A stretch of 50,440 nucleotides of DNA from Terriglobia bacterium (GTDB lineage Bacteria; Acidobacteriota; Terriglobia; Bryobacterales; JACQDG01): contig JBGOUV010000002.1 in the NCBI GenBank assembly GCA_041477815.1, positions 1 to 50,440 on the forward strand, read 5' to 3'. Made by a program: the position numbers and the translations under genes. The notes under the pieces were generated by a model. It ran no database searches. It was given only the letters and a program-made list of their open reading frames with translations, and had not been told where the DNA came from. Position 1 is the first letter of the stretch; every line of letters starts with the position of its first letter. Positions 47,910-50,440 of the stretch are shown here, one piece after another.

Positions 47910-48886
47910 CGCTGCGGCGCTGCCGGCCGCTCTCGCCGGATAATCGTCAAATCGAGGTTATTCCCCTGGCGGTCGACGATGGTCTTCTTGATCCGGGGCA
48001 GGATCTGCTCCATGGCCTCAATGTACAGCCGATGACTGGTCACCGCCGCGGCCTTGCCATACTCCGCGGAGAGCTGCGCGAACCGCGAGGCGTCGCCGGT
48101 CGCTTCGTTGATCTTCCGCTGCTTGTATCCCTCGGCCGCCTCCAGCAACTGCTGCGCCTCGCCTCGGGCCCGCGGCACCAGGTCGTTGGCGTACCCCTCG
48201 GCCTGGTTCACGATCTTGGCCGCGTCGGCCCGGGCCCCGGCCACGTCGGCGAACGCCTCCTTGGCCTCGTCCGGCGGCGCTGTCCGGTCGATGTTCACGG
48301 TGTAGATCGATACTCCTACGTCATAAGTGTCCAGTACGCGCTGCGCCCGCTCCTTCACCGCTTCCTGGATCTTGATTTTCTCCGTGGTCAGGACGTCGTC
48401 CACCGACCGGTGCGCGATCTCGCGCCCCAGCTCGCTCTCCACCACCGCTCCCACCGTCTGGGACACGTCCAGGGACCGGAACAGGTACTCGGCCGGACCC
48501 TTCACGTTGTACTGCACCACCGCCCGCACGTTGATGATGTTCTGATCGCCGGTGAGGAACTGGGCGCGCAGCGGGTCGGTCCGGCCCAGCGCCCCATCGG
48601 CCGCTTCCCCGCCCAGCGTGGCTGCCTGCAACTGGTCGGCCTTCAGCTTGACGATCTCCTCCATCGGCCAGGGCAGGTGGTAGTGGATCCCCGGCGTCTC
48701 GATCCGCTGGAACCTCCCGAACCGCGTCACCACCACCTGCTGATCGGTAGCCACCAGGTAGAGACCGCTCAGCAGCCACACCAGCAGCAGTCCTCCCCAC
48801 ACGTTGCCTCGCGTGAGACGCCCGCGCCACCCGGACCGAGGAACCTCCCGCGCCGGAGCTGCCTGTTCTATCAGCCCCAGGGTCAC
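47906..48886 (-). CDS. hflK: HflK-like SPFH protein
   Basis: VVTRFG, PGIHYHLPWP, LTGDQNI, AEGYAND..PRARGEA, RLYIEAMEQIL. Confidence 0.9.
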   Translation of the reverse strand: MTLGLIEQAAPAREVPRSGWRGRLTRGNVWGGLLLVWLLSGLYLVATDQQVVVTRFGRFQRIETPGIHYHLPWPMEEIVKLKADQLQAATLGGEAADGALGRTDPLRAQFLTGDQNIINVRAVVQYNVKGPAEYLFRSLDVSQTVGAVVESELGREIAHRSVDDVLTTEKIKIQEAVKERAQRVLDTYDVGVSIYTVNIDRTAPPDEAKEAFADVAGARADAAKIVNQAEGYANDLVPRARGEAQQLLEAAEGYKQRKINEATGDASRFAQLSAEYGKAAAVTSHRLYIEAMEQILPRIKKTIVDRQGNNLDLTIIRRERPAAPQR

Positions 48887-49764
48887 TGCACCCCCTGCCC
48901 CTTGGTCAGCAACCGCAGCAACTCGGAATCCGAGCTGAGGATGGCCGTGGTCTTGTCGTCCAGGATTTTCTTATAGGCCTCCAGAGTCCGCACCAGCTTG
49001 TAGAACTGCGGATTCCGCGAGTAGGCCTGCCCGTAGATCTTCGTCGACTGCGCGTCGCCCTCGCCCTTGACCTGCTCTGCCTGCTTGTACGCCGCCGACA
49101 CGATCTCTTCCTTCTGCCGGTCGGCGTCGGCCCGGATCTTGAGCGCCTGCTCCTCGCCCTCCGCCCGATACTGCTTGGCAATCCGCTCGCGCTCGGCCCG
49201 CATCCGCGCGAAGACGCTCTCCTTGTTCTGCTGCGGCAGGTTCAGCCGCTTGATTCGCACGTCCACCACCCGGATCCCGTACTCCCGCAGCGCCGCCGCG
49301 TTCACCTCGGCGGTCAGCTTGTCGAAGATATCGGACACCGCCGCCTTAGCCGGGTCCGGTGTCACGATGGACTCCAGGTCGTGGTTCCCCAGCGCCGCCG
49401 AGAGCCCCGCCCAGATCACGTCGTGCAACCGCGCCTCGGCGTTCGGCTCGGTGATGACCTTCTTCACGAACACCTCGGGCTTCTCAATCTGCCAGCAGAC
49501 GTAGTTCTCAATCACCAGGTTCTTCTTGTCGCGCGTCAAAAACTCCGACGGCCTCGGGTTGTACACCCGCAATCGCCGGTCGAAATACCGCGCGGTCTGA
49601 AACGGCCACTTCACGTGCAGCCCGGCGTCTTCCACCGTCCGCACCGGCCGCCCGAACTGCGTCACCAGCACAAACTCGGTCTCCCGCACGGTGAAGAAGG
49701 TGGCCCACAGGACCAACGCTCCCAATAGCCAATACCCAACACCCAGCACCCGCTTATCCATCAT
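48883..49764 (-). CDS. hflC: HflC-like SPFH protein
   Basis: VTQFGRP, GLHVKWP, LTRDKK, RMRAERER, AEGEE, FY..RTLEAY. Confidence 0.92.
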   Translation of the reverse strand: MMDKRVLGVGYWLLGALVLWATFFTVRETEFVLVTQFGRPVRTVEDAGLHVKWPFQTARYFDRRLRVYNPRPSEFLTRDKKNLVIENYVCWQIEKPEVFVKKVITEPNAEARLHDVIWAGLSAALGNHDLESIVTPDPAKAAVSDIFDKLTAEVNAAALREYGIRVVDVRIKRLNLPQQNKESVFARMRAERERIAKQYRAEGEEQALKIRADADRQKEEIVSAAYKQAEQVKGEGDAQSTKIYGQAYSRNPQFYKLVRTLEAYKKILDDKTTAILSSDSELLRLLTKGQGVQ

Positions 49765-50440
49765 TGTTCTTCCTCCCTGGCCCGCGGCCCCTGCAACAGC
49801 GGACCCGGCGGCGCCACGGTGACCCCGTCCTCCAGCAGCATGAGGTTCCGCCGCCCCCCCTTGCTGTCGATAATCAGCTTCTGCCGCCCCGGCAGGATCT
49901 GCTCCATCGCCTCCAGATACAGCCGCGTCTCGGTCGGACCGGGGGCCGTCTTGTAGGCCTGCTCCGCCTGCACGAACCGCGAGGCGTCCCCGGTAGCCCG
50001 ATTCACGCGCCCCAGCGTGTAGGCCTGCGCGTTCCGCACATTCGCCTCCCCCTGACCTCGCGCCAGCGCCACCTGCTCGTTCCGATACCCCTCCGCCACG
50101 TTGATCAGCCGGCTGCGCTCCTCCCACGCCCCCGCCACCTCGCGGAACGCATCCACTACCTCAACCGAAGGATGCACATCCTGCAGCTTCACATGCAGCA
50201 CCCGCACCCCGGCCCCATAGAGATCCAGCCGCCGCTGGAGTTCCGCCCGCGCCCGCTCCTCGATCGCCCACCGCCCCGTGGTGAGCAGCGGATCGAGCGG
50301 CGTGGTCGTCACCACCCACTGCACCACCGACTCCGCCGCCGCCCGCACCGCCCCGTCCGCGTCCGCCAGGCGAAAGATGTAATCGTCGGCCCGCACTACG
50401 CTGTAGTGGACCACGCCGTTCAGCTCGATCATGTTCTGAT
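49761..50440 (-). CDS. hflK: Second HflK-like protein (5' part outside window)
   Basis: LQDVHP, AFREV, AEGYRN, ARG, GDASRF, RLYLEAMEQIL. Confidence 0.88.
   Translation of the reverse strand, partial: QNMIELNGVVHYSVVRADDYIFRLADADGAVRAAAESVVQWVVTTTPLDPLLTTGRWAIEERARAELQRRLDLYGAGVRVLHVKLQDVHPSVEVVDAFREVAGAWEERSRLINVAEGYRNEQVALARGQGEANVRNAQAYTLGRVNRATGDASRFVQAEQAYKTAPGPTETRLYLEAMEQILPGRQKLIIDSKGGRRNLMLLEDGVTVAPPGPLLQGPRAREEEQ

Overview
High-GC bacterial chromosomal window. Gene content (PSD1/planctomycete-cytochrome plus DUF1501 pairs, Acidobacterial-type VWA protein, Solibacter-type C-terminal domain, nested REP-like palindrome) points to a Bryobacteraceae/Solibacter-like Acidobacterium; this is an inference. 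About 38 genes, mostly exported enzymes, plus tRNA-Asp(GTC). No CRISPR array, rRNA or prophage was seen. Main points: (1) a dead IS110 element whose left end and first 29 codons are inverted relative to the rest of the transposase, with AGCT at both junctions and AGCTA copies in the presumptive bridge-RNA region; (2) a signal-peptide-bearing adenylate kinase divergent from three tandem periplasmic adaptors and an ATPase-less MacB-type permease; (3) a 1456-aa cholesterol-oxidase-like GMC enzyme with a duplicated ~300-aa unknown module; (4) a lipoprotein made of six 62-aa repeats; (5) an aromatic ammonia-lyase with atypical specificity residues; (6) a recurring leaderless-type promoter signature (TANNNT 5-9 nt before start codons); (7) an HflK-HflC-HflK operon. 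Several single-base lesions (two in-frame TAGs, homopolymer frameshifts) may be sequencing errors. All family assignments come from recalled motifs, not database searches.
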